The notes below the pieces were generated by a model. The model was not told the DNA's origin and searched no databases. It was given only the letters and a program-made list of their open reading frames with translations. A stretch of 64,000 nucleotides of DNA from the NCBI RefSeq assembly GCF_006345805.1, contig NC_043022.1, forward strand, positions 15,438,001-15,502,000, read 5' to 3'. Position numbers and translations under genes: made by a program. Below are positions 48,325 through 60,495 of the stretch, one piece after another; the first letter of the stretch is position 1, and each line of letters begins with the position of its first letter. Origin of the DNA: Octopus sinensis. Taxonomy: Eukaryota.

Positions 48325-48812
48325 TAGTTTTATTTTTTATAGCGTGCTTTCACTTCACTACCGAGCGCAGCTCTGTGTGCCTTGGGTATGTGCTGTGGTT
48401 TGTTGTGGTGTTCTTGTTTTCACTGTATTGAAAGTGTTTTACGTAGGATGTGTGCAGTACCAAGTAGTGCTATTTTCTGTATGCTGTATATATACTTGTT
48501 AGTCCTGGTGTTTTTGTTATGTATTTGTCTGAATGTTTTTTCATCATGCCTAATGCACCTACTATGATAGGAATTGTTTCTGTTTTTAGATTCCACATTC
48601 TGGTTACCTCTATTCCCAGGTCTTTGTATTTTGAAAGTTTCTCCATTTCTTTTAGAGACACGTTGTCATCTGCTGGTATTGATACATCAATTAGAAAACA
48701 TTTTTTTCTTGATGATCTCTGATAACTATATCCGGCCTATTGGCCTTAATTTCTCTATCTGTGTGCATTGGCATATCCCAGAGTATGGTTGCCTTCTCAT
48801 TTTCTGTGACCT
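48322..48812 (-). mobile_element. 3' fragment of an R4/Dong-like non-LTR retrotransposon (restriction-like endonuclease domain); a 3' stub duplicate lies at 48180-48287
   Basis: The minus strand reads TILWDMPMHTDREIKANRPDIVI...IDVSIPADDNVSLKEMEKLSKYKDL...PIIVGALG. The 3' end abuts (TAA)n. Confidence 0.8.
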
Positions 48813-48839
48813 TTTATTATTATTATTATTATCATCATT

Positions 48840-49057
48840 ATAGATGTAGCACCGTATCCAATATCATGAGATTGTTGATTGAAGATATTGTGTCTACCGG
48901 AGATTTGTACTGTTTTGTCAAGTCACAACAAGGCCCTTAGACAGACACTACTTTACGCAATGTGCATGCAGTTCCATGTAATGCCAACCTTTGCAATATA
49001 CCTAGATTGTAGGATATCTCTAAGGTTTCCAGATGTTTCTTCAGGTTGGGTGGTATT
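48840..49057 (-). mobile_element. 3' stub of a second R4/Dong-like family
   Basis: Aligns with 49299-49520; the 3' end abuts (TAA)n. Confidence 0.7.
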
Positions 49058-49298
49058 ATTTTTTATGATTATTATTATTATTATTAAGGTGGTTAGCTGG
49101 CAGAATCGATAGCACGTATTCCGCTTGTCATTACATTCTGTGTTCAAATTCCACTAAGGTCGACTTTGCCTTTCATCCTTTCGGGGTCGATTAAATAAAT
49201 ACCAGTTATATACTGGGGTTGATGTATTCGACTATCCCCTCACCCAAAATTTCAGGCCCTGTGCTTTCAGTAGAAAAGATTATTATTATTATTATTAT

Positions 49299-50005
49299 GA
49301 TAGATGTTGCACAGTATCCAATATCATGAGATTGTTGATAGAAGATATTGTGTCCACCTGGGGTTTGTACTGTTTTGTCAAGTCACAACAAGGACCTCAG
49401 TCAGACACTACTTTCCTGCAATATGCGTGCAGTTCCAAGTAATGCCGACTTTTGCAATACATCTAGATTGTAGGGTATTTCTAAAAGTTTCCAGATGTTT
49501 TTTCTTCAGGTTGGGTGGTATTGAACCCAATCCTCCGATGACAACAGGGATAACCTTTACATCTGACTCTCGTAGCTGCCACATCTTAGCAATCTCAATT
49601 CTCAGGTCTCCATATTTATCAACCTTTTCTCTTTCTTTCATGATGTTAGTTAGTTAGTTAATTTTTTGGTTCGAAAAGCAAAAAGCAAGGCCATGTAGGG
49701 GGACATGGAGTTAAGTACAGGGTGGTGTTCATGTAAAGGGTTCAGGCCACTTGAGGTCAAGGGAGACTTTGAACAAAGTGGTCGTCGGCATCTTCACCAT
49801 CTCGTCTGGCAGCTTGTTCCACGGATCTGCAACCCGGACGGAGAAAGCTCCTCTCCTTTGATTGAGATGAAATCGTCGCAGGTAGAGCTTTTGATCTCCT
49901 GGCACTGCCACGTCAATTGTTAGGCCCTCTTGTTTGTCCCCCTTAAAGGTTACTATATCCGGTCTTTGGTGCTCTAACAACTTTGTCTGTCTGGAAATAT
50001 TACTG
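49299..50005 (-). mobile_element. R4/Dong-like 3' fragment interrupted by a CR1-like insertion
   Basis: LEHQRPDIV...IDVAVPGDQ (49891-49980) continues as NIMKEREKVDKYGDLRIEIAKMW...PVVIGGLG (below 49647). Confidence 0.8.
49648..49890 (-). mobile_element. 3' end of a CR1/L2-like LINE with a (CTAA)n tail
   Basis: KL...RRGAFSVRVADPWNKLPDEMV...FKVSLD resembles the CR1-type ORF2 C-terminus; gttagttagttag tail at 49645-49660. Confidence 0.7.
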
Positions 50006-51079
50006 TGGGTAAGTTGGCAGAACTGTTAGCATGCTGGGCAAAACGCTTAACAGCCTTTCGTCTGTCTTTACATTTTGAGTTCAAATTCCACGGAGGCTGA
50101 CTTAACCTTTTATCCTTTCAGGGGTCAGTGAAATAAGTACCAGCTGAGCCCTGGGGGTCAAAATAATCAGCTAGCCCCACTCCCCCTAAATTTCAGACCT
50201 TGTGCCTATAATACAAAGGATTATTTGTCCATTCATCCTTTCATTCATTCACTCTCTTTCTTTATTCCATTGTTTCTGTATTTTCCTTCCTTATTCAAAC
50301 TTTCTTTCATTTTCTGCCTCCTCCTATCACTTGTTCTTTCTATTCTATTTCCTTCCTTTTCTCTTTATTCATCTATTTTTCTATTTCCTTCTTTTCATTC
50401 ATTCTGTCTTTCTTTTTACATTTCATTCATTCACTTCATTATTTATTTATTAATTCTTTTACTTTTGCTCTTTCTTCAATTTCATTCACTCTTTCTTTCT
50501 ATAATGTACGTTTCTTTCATTTCACTCATTCATTTCCTTTCCTTATTTATTTATTTATTTATTCTATTTCTTTCCCTTTTCTCTATTTCTTCAGTAAATC
50601 ATTGAATGCTTGCTCATTTCCTATTTGTGTTTGTGTTTGTGTGTGTGTGTTTAGACACAAGTGTGTACATATGTATGTAAAGTATTGTGCCATGTCTACA
50701 CTTTCCTGCATGAAGTGTATACATGTCTGTATGTGTGTGGACATGTGTACATGTATGTGTGTGTAAATTCCATTAGTATGTGTGTATATATATCTACACT
50801 TGCCCATATGTGTATGTACATGTGTATGTATGGGCATGTGTGTGAGTGTTTTAACACTGGTTTGAAGTTCTAATATGAAGAGCAGCAGATAAGAACCACT
50901 CGATCTCTCGTTAAACTCTTCAGAACATATAAAATTGATATAAAAAGAAGAAAAAAAACCCTAATCAAATTTCCTTCTGTCAACAGCAATTCCTATTTTT
51001 ATGTTTGCCTTGTTTATTTATTTATTAATTTATTTAATTTGTTTATCTATCAATATATATATATAGTTAATACAAACAA

Positions 51080-51273
51080 GAAAGCACAAAAAAAACACAA
51101 CAACGCGAGGACGTAGAACAAATATAGTATTATTGGACGGTCAGGAAAGAAGGAAAGAAGGAGGGTTTAACGTTTCGAGCAGAGCTCTTCGTCGGAAACA
51201 TAGGAAAAGGAAAGATCTAGAGAAGGGAAGACAGAGGAAAAAAAATCGCCAACGGTACACACGAGGTCACATT

Positions 51274-51275
<2 letters not shown>
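51080..51275 (-). mobile_element. Penelope-like terminal-repeat fragment containing a minimal hammerhead-like motif (51165-51199)
   Basis: Minus strand GTTT CCGACGA A GAGC tct GCTC GAAA C GTT AAAC. The Penelope assignment is inference from the motif architecture. Confidence 0.5.
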
Positions 51276-51311
<36 letters not shown>

Positions 51312-51549
51312 TATAGCCCCGAGCCAACCGGAGCTTTGTGATTGAATTTGGTAGGTGGAAGTTACTGCCGTGTGTGTATAGCTGCTCAGTGCCTCTCCGA
51401 AAGAAAGAGAGAGGGATATACATACATACATACCAGAGTAAGCACATAAATGTGAAACAAGGTGGAAAACATAGTACTCGAATACCAGTCAAACCGTCCA
51501 ACCCATGCCAGCATGGAAAACGGACATTAAGCAACGATGATGATGATAT

Positions 51550-51770
51550 AGGCGGCAAGCTGGCAGAAACGTTAGTGCGTCGGGCGAAATGCATAGCCAT
51601 ATTTCGTCTGCCGTTACATTCTGAGTTCAAATTCCGTCGAGGTCAACTTTGCCTTTCATCCTTTCAGGGTCGATAAATTAAGTACCAGTTACGCACTGGG
51701 GTCGATATAATCGACTTAATCCGTTTGTCTATCCCCTCAGTGTGTAGCCCCTTGTGGGTAGTAAAGAAAC
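51550..51770 (+). mobile_element. Full-length SINE family B
   Basis: Matches the 45409 copy; possible gatata TSD. Confidence 0.85.
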
Positions 51771-52135
51771 AGATATATGCATATATGGGTACAGGACATC
51801 ACAAATAGTAAACAACACGAAATATGAAAACAAATGAGTTGAATACACAAAAATGGAAAGCAGGACAAGTAACACAAAGAACGTCCCTTCATCAGTTGTC
51901 GGCTGCCTGGCTACTCCCTTATTTCGAGTATTGAATGATAATATGAGTCTTCGAAGGCAGTTGCTCCCACAAATACCAAAATAAAATTTGGGATTTATGG
52001 AGGGTCAAAGTTGGGAAGGAAAAAAGGACAGTGGAGACATACAACGAAACCGAACGGAAAGAAAACATGGATGGTCGTTAGACCAGAACGAGGGTAAAAT
52101 AGCAAATGCTGGAGAAATATAACCAAATATAATAA

Positions 52136-52535
52136 AGGCGTAGGAGTGGCTGCGTGGTAAGTAGCTTGCTAACCAACCACATGGTTCCGGGTTCAGTCCC
52201 ACTGCGTGGCATCTTGAGCAAGTGTCTTCTGCTATAGCTTTGGGCCGACCAATGCCCTGTGAGTGGATTTGGTAGACGGAAACTGAAAGAAGCCTGTCGT
52301 ATATATGTATATATATATGTTTGTGTGTCTGTGTTTGTCCCCCCAACATTGCTTGACAACCGATGCTGGTGTGTTTACGTCCCCGTCACTTAGCGGTTCA
52401 GCAAAAGAGAACGATAGAATAAGTACTGGGCTTACAAAAGAATAAGTCCCGGGGTCGATTTGCTCGACTAAAGGCGGTGCTCCAGCATGGCCGCAGTCAA
52501 ATGACTGAAACAAGTAAAAAAAAAAAAAAAAAAAA
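52136..52535 (+). mobile_element. Full-length family A SINE with a poly(A) tail
   Basis: Matches the 7354 copy. Confidence 0.88.
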
Positions 52536-52772
52536 GCTCCCAAAGATGGTCCTCTTTAGCGAGATCAAAACTGGAGGTAAGGCCCATGAGCATCCAAAAC
52601 CTTGTTTTCACAACCACTTCAAGCAGTTCATGTTCTAAGTTCACATGGTTTGGAGGATTCGACAGGGACCAATGGACAGGATTTCTATGACTGGATGCCC
52701 TTCCAAACACCAACCATCACCAAGCTGTGGTGCAGTTTGCAAGACCATGAACCTCAAACAGGTAATATCTTA

Positions 52773-53004
52773 AAGGAGGCGAGCTGGCAGAATCGTTAGC
52801 ATGCTGGGCGAAATACGTAGCCGTATTTCGTCTGCCGTTACGTTCTGAGTTCAAATTCCGCCGAGGTCGACTTTGCCTTTCATCCTCACGGGGTCGATAA
52901 ATAAAGTACCAGTTTCGCACTGGGTCGATGTAATCGACTTAATCCCTTTGTCTGCCCTTGTTTGTCCCCTCTATGTTTAGCCCCTTGAGGGCAGTAAAGA
53001 AATA
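52773..53004 (+). mobile_element. Full-length SINE family B with a 9-bp TSD
   Basis: aatatctta at 52764-52772 and 53005-53013. Confidence 0.9.
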
Positions 53005-53490
53005 AATATCTTATGCTCGGGGACAAATGACAAAAGTGGGGTAAATGCACGATAAGGGTTCAGAGCAGAACAGTTTGCCAAATCTCAGTTTGGGTGGCAA
53101 GATTTTTTGATTTCTCTGCTCCAGGATATTGTCACGTAATTTTTCTGTTGAACTCAAGCCACCTCTGATGGTTGACCGACTTCTATCTATCAGTCTATCT
53201 ATGTTTATCCTTCTATCTATCTATCTTGCTATCTTCCTATCCGTCTATCCATCCATCTGTCCACGTCTCTGTTCTGTCATGTCTGTCCTCTCATTCATAC
53301 TCCTCTGGCTCACATGTCAAACAAAACACTGACCATACTCTTCTAATGGATATTGCATTCAAAACCTATTATATAGCGTGGCCGTATTTCTGCTGTTCAG
53401 GAAGTAATTGCTGTTGCGCACTCATTAATATAATTATCCGTTCAGCTAATACATACATATACATACATACATACATATATATATATATAT

Positions 53491-54050
53491 ATCCATCCAT
53501 CCAGATATATATATATATCCATCCATACAGATATATATATATATACATCCATACAGATATATATATATATATATATATATATCCATCCATACAGATATAT
53601 ATATATATCCAACCATACAGATATATATATATATCCATCCATACAGATATATATATATATCCATCCATACAGATATATATATATATCCATCCATACAGAT
53701 ATATATATATATACATCCATACAGATATATATATATATATCCATCCATACAGATATATATATATCCATCCATACAGATATATATATATATATATCCATCC
53801 ATACAGATATATATATATATCCATCCATACAGATATATATATATATATATACATCCATACAGATATATATATATATCCATCCATAGAGATATATATATAT
53901 ATATATCCATCCATACAGATATATATATATATCTCCATCCATACAGATATATATATATATATATCCATCCATACAGATATATATATATATATATCCATCC
54001 ATACAGATATATATATATATATATATCCATCCATACAGATATATATATAT
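53491..54050. repeat. Minisatellite atccatccatacagat(at)n
   Basis: Direct reading. Confidence 0.92.
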
Positions 54051-54623
54051 TATGCACACACAAACACACACACACACATTGCATATATACACATTCATAC
54101 ATCTACACACACCCCTATCACTCTTATTAATTGTTTTCCTTCTTTTTTCTCCCCCCTTCCTGGTTCTTTTGTCTTTTGAATCAATTACACACCATTCAGT
54201 CAATCACTTTTCTGATTATTCTGCATGTCAATCTACTAATCCAATATTCTTTTATTCTGCTCGTCTATAAATACTATTATCCATTCATCTCTCCACTCAT
54301 CCGTCCGTCCGTCCGTCTGTCCAGCCATCCTTCATTCAGACCTGTATCCGTTCATCAGACAGGAAAAGTGGTTGTATCGACCCCCAAACCTGAATGAATT
54401 GACATAAAAGAACTCTGTAATTCTGAAATAAAGGACCAGATCTTGATGAAGAGGAGACCCCTTGGTCCTTGGTTGTTGCACTTGTGAGGGTCTTTACCAA
54501 TCCTCCACTATCATAGTGGGCATTCTATATATATATATAGGCACAAAATAAGCAACAAGGATATCCAGAGGTTATGCTGTATTACCTCTGGATATCCTTG
54601 TTGCTTATTTTAATTATATATAT

Positions 54624-54670
<47 letters not shown>

Positions 54671-54673
<3 letters not shown>

Positions 54674-55078
54674 CACAGGAGTGGCTGTGTGGTAAGTAGC
54701 TTGCTAACCAACTACATGGTTCCGGGTTCAGTCCCACTGCGTGGCATCTTGGGCAAGTGTCTTCTGCTATAGCCCCAGACCGACCAGTGCCTTGTGAGTG
54801 GATTTGGTAGATGGAAACTGAAAGAAGCCTGTCGTATATATGTATATATGTATATATGTGTGTGTGTGTTTGTGTGTCTGTGTTTGTCCCCCTAGCATTG
54901 CTTGACAACCGATGCTGGAGGGTTTACGCCCCCGTCACTTAGCGGTTTGGCAAAAGAGACCGATAGAATAAGTACTGGGCTTACAAAGAGTAAGTCCCGG
55001 GGTCGATTTGCTCGACGAAAGGCGGTGCTCCAGCATGGCCGCAGTCAAATGACTGAAACAAGCAAAATAAAAAAAAAA
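54671..55078 (+). mobile_element. Full-length family A SINE
   Basis: Matches the 7354 copy. Confidence 0.88.
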
Positions 55079-57100
55079 TATATATATATATTTAAATAAT
55101 GAGGGAGATAAATTGAATATTAATTTAATTAATATCAATTTAAAACCAATAGCCTAGCATATAAAAAATCTGAAAAAATTTCAATACATGTGTTATATTT
55201 AGGGCTAAGACCACTAGGTGGATAACCATATGCTAGAAGAAGATTACATACGATCTAACTACAAAGAAAGAATGTTCTCCAGAGAAAATTCAGTGAACAC
55301 CAGAACGTAGGCAGGCAAGGCAGATGCAAATTATATAAAAATCAAGAATTAATCGAATACCAGTTTCGTCTATTACCAAATAAATTACTTACGTAATCCT
55401 TCATCCGTAGATTCGTAGACGAAACCGGTATACGATTAATTCTTGATTATTTTTATATAATTTTCAACAGGTTGGCAACAGGAAAGGAATCCAGCCACGG
55501 AGAGGGAAAAAAATTTGCTTAAAAAATTCTGTCCAACCCATGCAAGTATGGAAAAGCGGATGTTAAACCATTGGGGATGGTGATGATGAGGATGACAACG
55601 ATGATGATGATGAAGACGATGATGATGATGAAGACAATGATGATGATGGTAATGACAATGATGATGATATTTACCTGCAAATCCGTCTATGCATCTATTA
55701 TGTGTCTGTCTGTTTGTCTCAGAGCATGGTTACACTGTTATCCAGTCACCCGATGAAGAGTGCACCCCTACCCCAGCGGCTCACATACAATAAGCCACCC
55801 TTGTTAACACACAGTCCTTCACACCTATGACAAAAGCCCACCAGACAACTCAATTAGACATTTCACCTGAGGACAGGTAAAAAAGAATTAGCACAACATT
55901 CCTCTCATTCTTTGCTGTCTTCAAACCACCCCACTCCTCCTCTTTTCCTCTTCCTCCCAGTCCATCTCAGTCAGCTGCTCTTTTAAAACTAGTGTTGCAA
56001 GGTGGTGCTCCAGCATGGCCACGGACTAATGACTGAAACGAGTAGAAGGGATTGTGGACAGCGGCATGCTGACTCGTTCAGGTGTTCTGTCGACTCGGCA
56101 CAGAGGAAACTATGGAAGCAGAGAGAAATGGAAGCGTGGCAATTTACTTATCATGATGACAACATTAAGGATATGTGTATCTGTGGAGTACTCAGCCACT
56201 AGAATGTAAATTTCATGAATTGGCTCTTCCACTCATCACAGCAGCTGGAATCCTTGACATCATAACTGGCACAGTGCTAAACACACACACACACACACAC
56301 ACACGTATATATATATATCATCATCATCATCATCGTTTAGCGTCCACTTTCCATGCTAGCATGGGTTGGACAGTTCGACCGGGGTTCTGGGAAGCCAGAA
56401 GGCTGCACCAGGCTCCAGTCTGATCTGGCAATGTTTCTACGGTTGGATGCCCTTCCTAACGCCAACCACTCCGTGAGTGTAGTGGGTCCTTTTTACGTGC
56501 TACCAGCACAGGTGCCAGACGAGGCTGGCAAACGGCCACGATAATATATATATATACACATTTACATACACACACATATATATATACATATATATATACA
56601 CATATATACACACACATATATATATATATACATACATACATATATTATCAATAAATCTATAGATATATTCTGCAGTACAGTATATTGCATTGCAATAAAA
56701 TATATATATCTGTCTGTGCATAGAGTGTCGGCTACAATCTATAGATCTATTCAGTACTACATTATTATGTGTCTAATACAAAACGCGAAAGTGTCACCTG
56801 TTATTTGATAAAGGAGAAATTCCTGCTCGGAAGAGAAGATGAAATCCATGCACCAATGAAGTCAATGGAAATGAAAAGACGCACATCAGTGACTCCAATC
56901 GGTGAGAGCATAAACATAAAGCAGAGCAATCATGTTTAAGGATGAGAAACTCCAGGACAAACAAGTCAGTGATTTGATTAAGAAAGTCACTTCGGCAGTT
57001 CTGTTGTTTCCAGGTTGGTTGTACTGTGTGGGGACCTAGTGGAAAATGCCTTTTGTTATTGACTTGGAACGACCTAGTTTTGTAGACAGAAAGAAACTAC

Positions 57101-58000
57101 GGGAGCCTGTGTGAGCCAGAGGGTGCTAGTGGGAACCTGTGTGAGCCAGTGAGAGCTAGTGGGAGTCAGTGGGTGCTAGTGGGAGCCTGTGTAAGCCAGT
57201 GGGTGCTAGTGAGAGCCTGTGAGAGCTAGTGGGAGCTTGTGAGAGCCAGTGGGTGCTAGTGGGAGCCTGTGTGAGCCAGTGGGTGCTAGTGGGAGCCTGT
57301 GTGAGCCAGTGGGAGTCAGTGGGTGCTAGTGGGAGCCTGTGTGAGCCAGTGGATGCTAGTGGGAGGCTGTGTGAGCCAGTGGGAGCTTGTGAGAGCCAGT
57401 GGGAGCCTGTGTGAGCCAGTGGGAGTCTGTGAGAGCTAGTGGGAGCCTGTGTGAACCAGTGGGTGCTAGTGGGAGGCTGTGTGAGCCAGTGGGAGCTTGT
57501 GAGAGCCAGTGGGAGTCAGTGGGAGCCAGTGGGAGCCTCTGTGAGCCAGTGGGAGTCAGAGGGTGCTAGTGGGAGCCTGTGTGAACCAGTGGGAGCCTGT
57601 GTGAGCCAGTGGGAACCTCTGTGAGCCAGTGGGAGTCAGTGGGTGCTAGTGAGAGCCTGTGTGAACCAGTGGGAGTCAGTGAGAGCCTGTGTGAACCAGT
57701 GGGAGCCTCTGTGAGAGCCTGTGTGAACCAGTGGGAGTCAGTGAGAGCCTGTGTGAACCAGTGGGAGTCAGTGGGTGCTAGTGAGAGCCTGTGTGAACCA
57801 GTGGGAGCCTGTGTGAGCCAGTGGGAGTCAGTGGGAGCCTCTGTGAGCCAGTGGGAGCCTGTGTGAGCCAGTGGGTGCTAGTGAGAGCCAGTGGGTGCTA
57901 GTGAGAGCCTGTGTGAGCCAGTGGGAGTCAGTGGGAGCCTGTGTGAGCCAGTGGGTGCTAGTGAGAGCCTGTGTGAGTCAGTGGGTGCTAGTGGGAGCCA
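57101..58000. repeat. GC-rich variant minisatellite built from ~10-bp modules (gtgggagcct / gtgtgagcca / gtgggtgcta / gtgggagtca)
   Basis: Direct reading. Confidence 0.92.
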
Positions 58001-58453
58001 AAGAATACCAGTGTGAGTCTGTACAAGTGCATTCATATTTCCATCACCACCTTTCTCTCCTTGTCTCTCTATCTCTCTCATACTTGCTCATATACACACA
58101 CAAACACATATCTGTATGTATGAGTACACTCAACATAGCTATCACCTCGTTCTCTGCTCCATGTCTCTCTCTCTCTCTCCCTCTTTCTTCCATACTTGCT
58201 CACACACACACACATACATACATATGCATACATACGCACACATGGATGTTTGTAGAAATCCCCACAACCTTCCATCACCACCTCTGCACCCACCCTCCCC
58301 TGCATCTGCTCTCTGCCTCCCCTTCCTCTACATGTCTATCGCCCTCCCTCCCTCTCTCTCTACCTGTCTATCTCCCTCCCTCTTTCCTATTTACACACAC
58401 ACACCTACAGGTATTCTATCTTATTCTTTCTCTCCCTCACACAGAACATTTAT

Positions 58454-58487
<34 letters not shown>

Positions 58488-58756
58488 CCCCACAGAATAC
58501 TGTCTGTCTGTTTTCTTCTCTCTCTCTCTCTTCAAACAACACAGTCCACCAAGCGGAACCGCGTCTTGTCTGGGTATTTCTCTGAACAAAAGACAACCCA
58601 ACAGTGACCTCTTGCCTCTGCTACAAGTGCCACTGACATCTCCTGCACTGTTCAAGTTTGCAACACAAACATGGGGGGGGGGAACAAGCCATAAAAGCGT
58701 CTCCTCTGCCCTCTACCCACATCTACCACTGGCCTTGGGGGGGGGGGTCAATAACT

Positions 58757-59665
58757 GGTGAAGGCATGTAGCTTGGTGGTTAGGAGTATTTGGATCATGA
58801 TTATAATGTCCTAAAGTTCAATTCTTCCCAGGGGCACATTATATCCTTGAGCAAGACACTTTATGTCACGTTGCTGTGGTCCACTCAGCCGCTAAAAATG
58901 AGTTGTAGCTGTTATTCAAAGGGCCCAACCATGACACATTCTGGATCACGCTGAATCTCCCTGAGAACTTAGCGGTTCGGCAAAAGAGACCGATAGAATA
59001 AGTACTGGGCTTACAAAGAATAAGACCTGGTGTCGATTTGCTCGACTAAAGGCGGTGCTCCAGCATGGCCGCAGTCAAATGACTGAAACAAGTAAAAGAG
59101 TAAAGAGTATCTGTGGAGTACTCGGCCACTTTCATGTTAATAAGCAGGCTGTTCCGTTGATCAAATTCAACTGGAATATACTTGTCGTTGTAACCAATGA
59201 AGTGCCAGTCTATTGAAGGCATGTGGTGAGAAGGCTTGGCTAATAATTCTAAGCTTGTGAGTTCAATTCCCTGCAGGGCACTCTGTCCTTGGGCAAGACA
59301 CTTTATTTCATGTTGCTCTCGTTCACTCAGTGAACAAAAATAAGTAATACCAGTAATTCAAAGGAGCCAGCCTTGTCACAATGAATCTCCCTGAGGACTA
59401 TGTTAAGAGTATGTGTGTCTGTGGAGTACTCAGCCACTTGTGTGTTATTTTCACGAGCAGGCTGTTCTGTTAATCGGATCGACTAGAACCTCATTGTCAT
59501 AACCGAAGGAGAGCCAGTCACACTGAATCTCCCAGAGAACTACATTAAGGGTATACATGTATCTGTGGAGCGCTCAGCCACTTGCACATTAATTTCACAA
59601 GCAGGCTGTTCTGTTGATCAAATCAAGTGGAACCCTTGTTGTCGTAACTGACAGAGTACCAGTTT
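58757..59665 (+). mobile_element. Pile-up of degenerate tRNA-SINE family D copies with a family A 3' fragment (58969-59108) nested in them
   Basis: Repeated ccttgagcaagacacttta...gaatctccctgag...tctgtggagtactcagccactt...aggctgttcc blocks; also at 16730, 60590 and 61500-61720. Confidence 0.7.
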
Positions 59666-59667
59666 AA

Positions 59668-59781
<114 letters not shown>

Positions 59782-59788
59782 AGGTGAA

Positions 59789-60125
59789 GGCGCATGGCTC
59801 AGTGGTTAGAGCGTCGAGCTTACGATCGTGAGGTTGTGAGCTCGAATCCCGGACCGGGCTGCATGTTGTGTTCTTGAGCAAGGCACTTTATTTCACGTTG
59901 CTCCAGTTCACTCAGCTGTAGAAATGAGTTGCGACGTCAAAGGTGCCAAGCTGTATCGGCCCCTTTGCCTTTCTCTTGGACAACACTGGTGGCGTGGAGA
60001 GGAGAGGCTGGTATGCATGGGCGACTGCTGGTCTTCCATAAACAACCTTGTCCAGACTTGTGTCTAGGAGGGTAACTTTCTAGGTGCAATCCCATGGTCA
60101 TTCATGACCGAAGGGGGTCTTTACC
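59789..60125 (+). mobile_element. Well-preserved tRNA-headed SINE (family E)
   Basis: A box tggctcagtgg, B box gctcgaatcc. The 3' part (tctaggtgcaatcccatggtcatt..tgaccgaaggg) recurs at 43780-43940. Confidence 0.8.
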
Positions 60126-60140
60126 CTTTTATATATATAA

Positions 60141-60495
60141 GAAGCTTGCTTCCCAACCAGATGGTTCCAAGTTTAGTCCGACCGGGTGGCACCTTGGGTA
60201 AGTATCCTCTACTATAGCCTCTCGCTGACCAAGGCTTTGTGAGTAGATTTGGTAGACGGAAACTAAAAGAAGCCTGTTGTATATATGTACATATATCTAT
60301 ATATCTGTGTTTGACTGCCGCCATCACTCGACAACTGATGTTGGTGTGTTTACATCCCCGTAACTTAGTGGTTTCACGAAAAAGACCAATAGAATAAATA
60401 CGAGGCTTACAAAGAATAAGTCCAGGGGTTGGTTTATTCGAGTAAAGGCAGTGCTCCAGCATGGCCACAGTCAAATGACTGAAACAAGTAAAAAA
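60141..60495 (+). mobile_element. Older family A SINE
   Basis: Degenerate match to family A. Confidence 0.75.

Noticed and set aside
51855-51900. Minus-strand CTGATGAAGGGAC...GTCC
   Set aside because: It lacks the GAAA half. At most a Penelope-like remnant, not a supportable ribozyme.
59789-59860. tRNA gene (also heads at 7354, 17401, 45213 and 45409)
   Set aside because: A/B boxes are present but there is no complete cloverleaf or acceptor stem, and the sequence continues into multi-copy SINE bodies.
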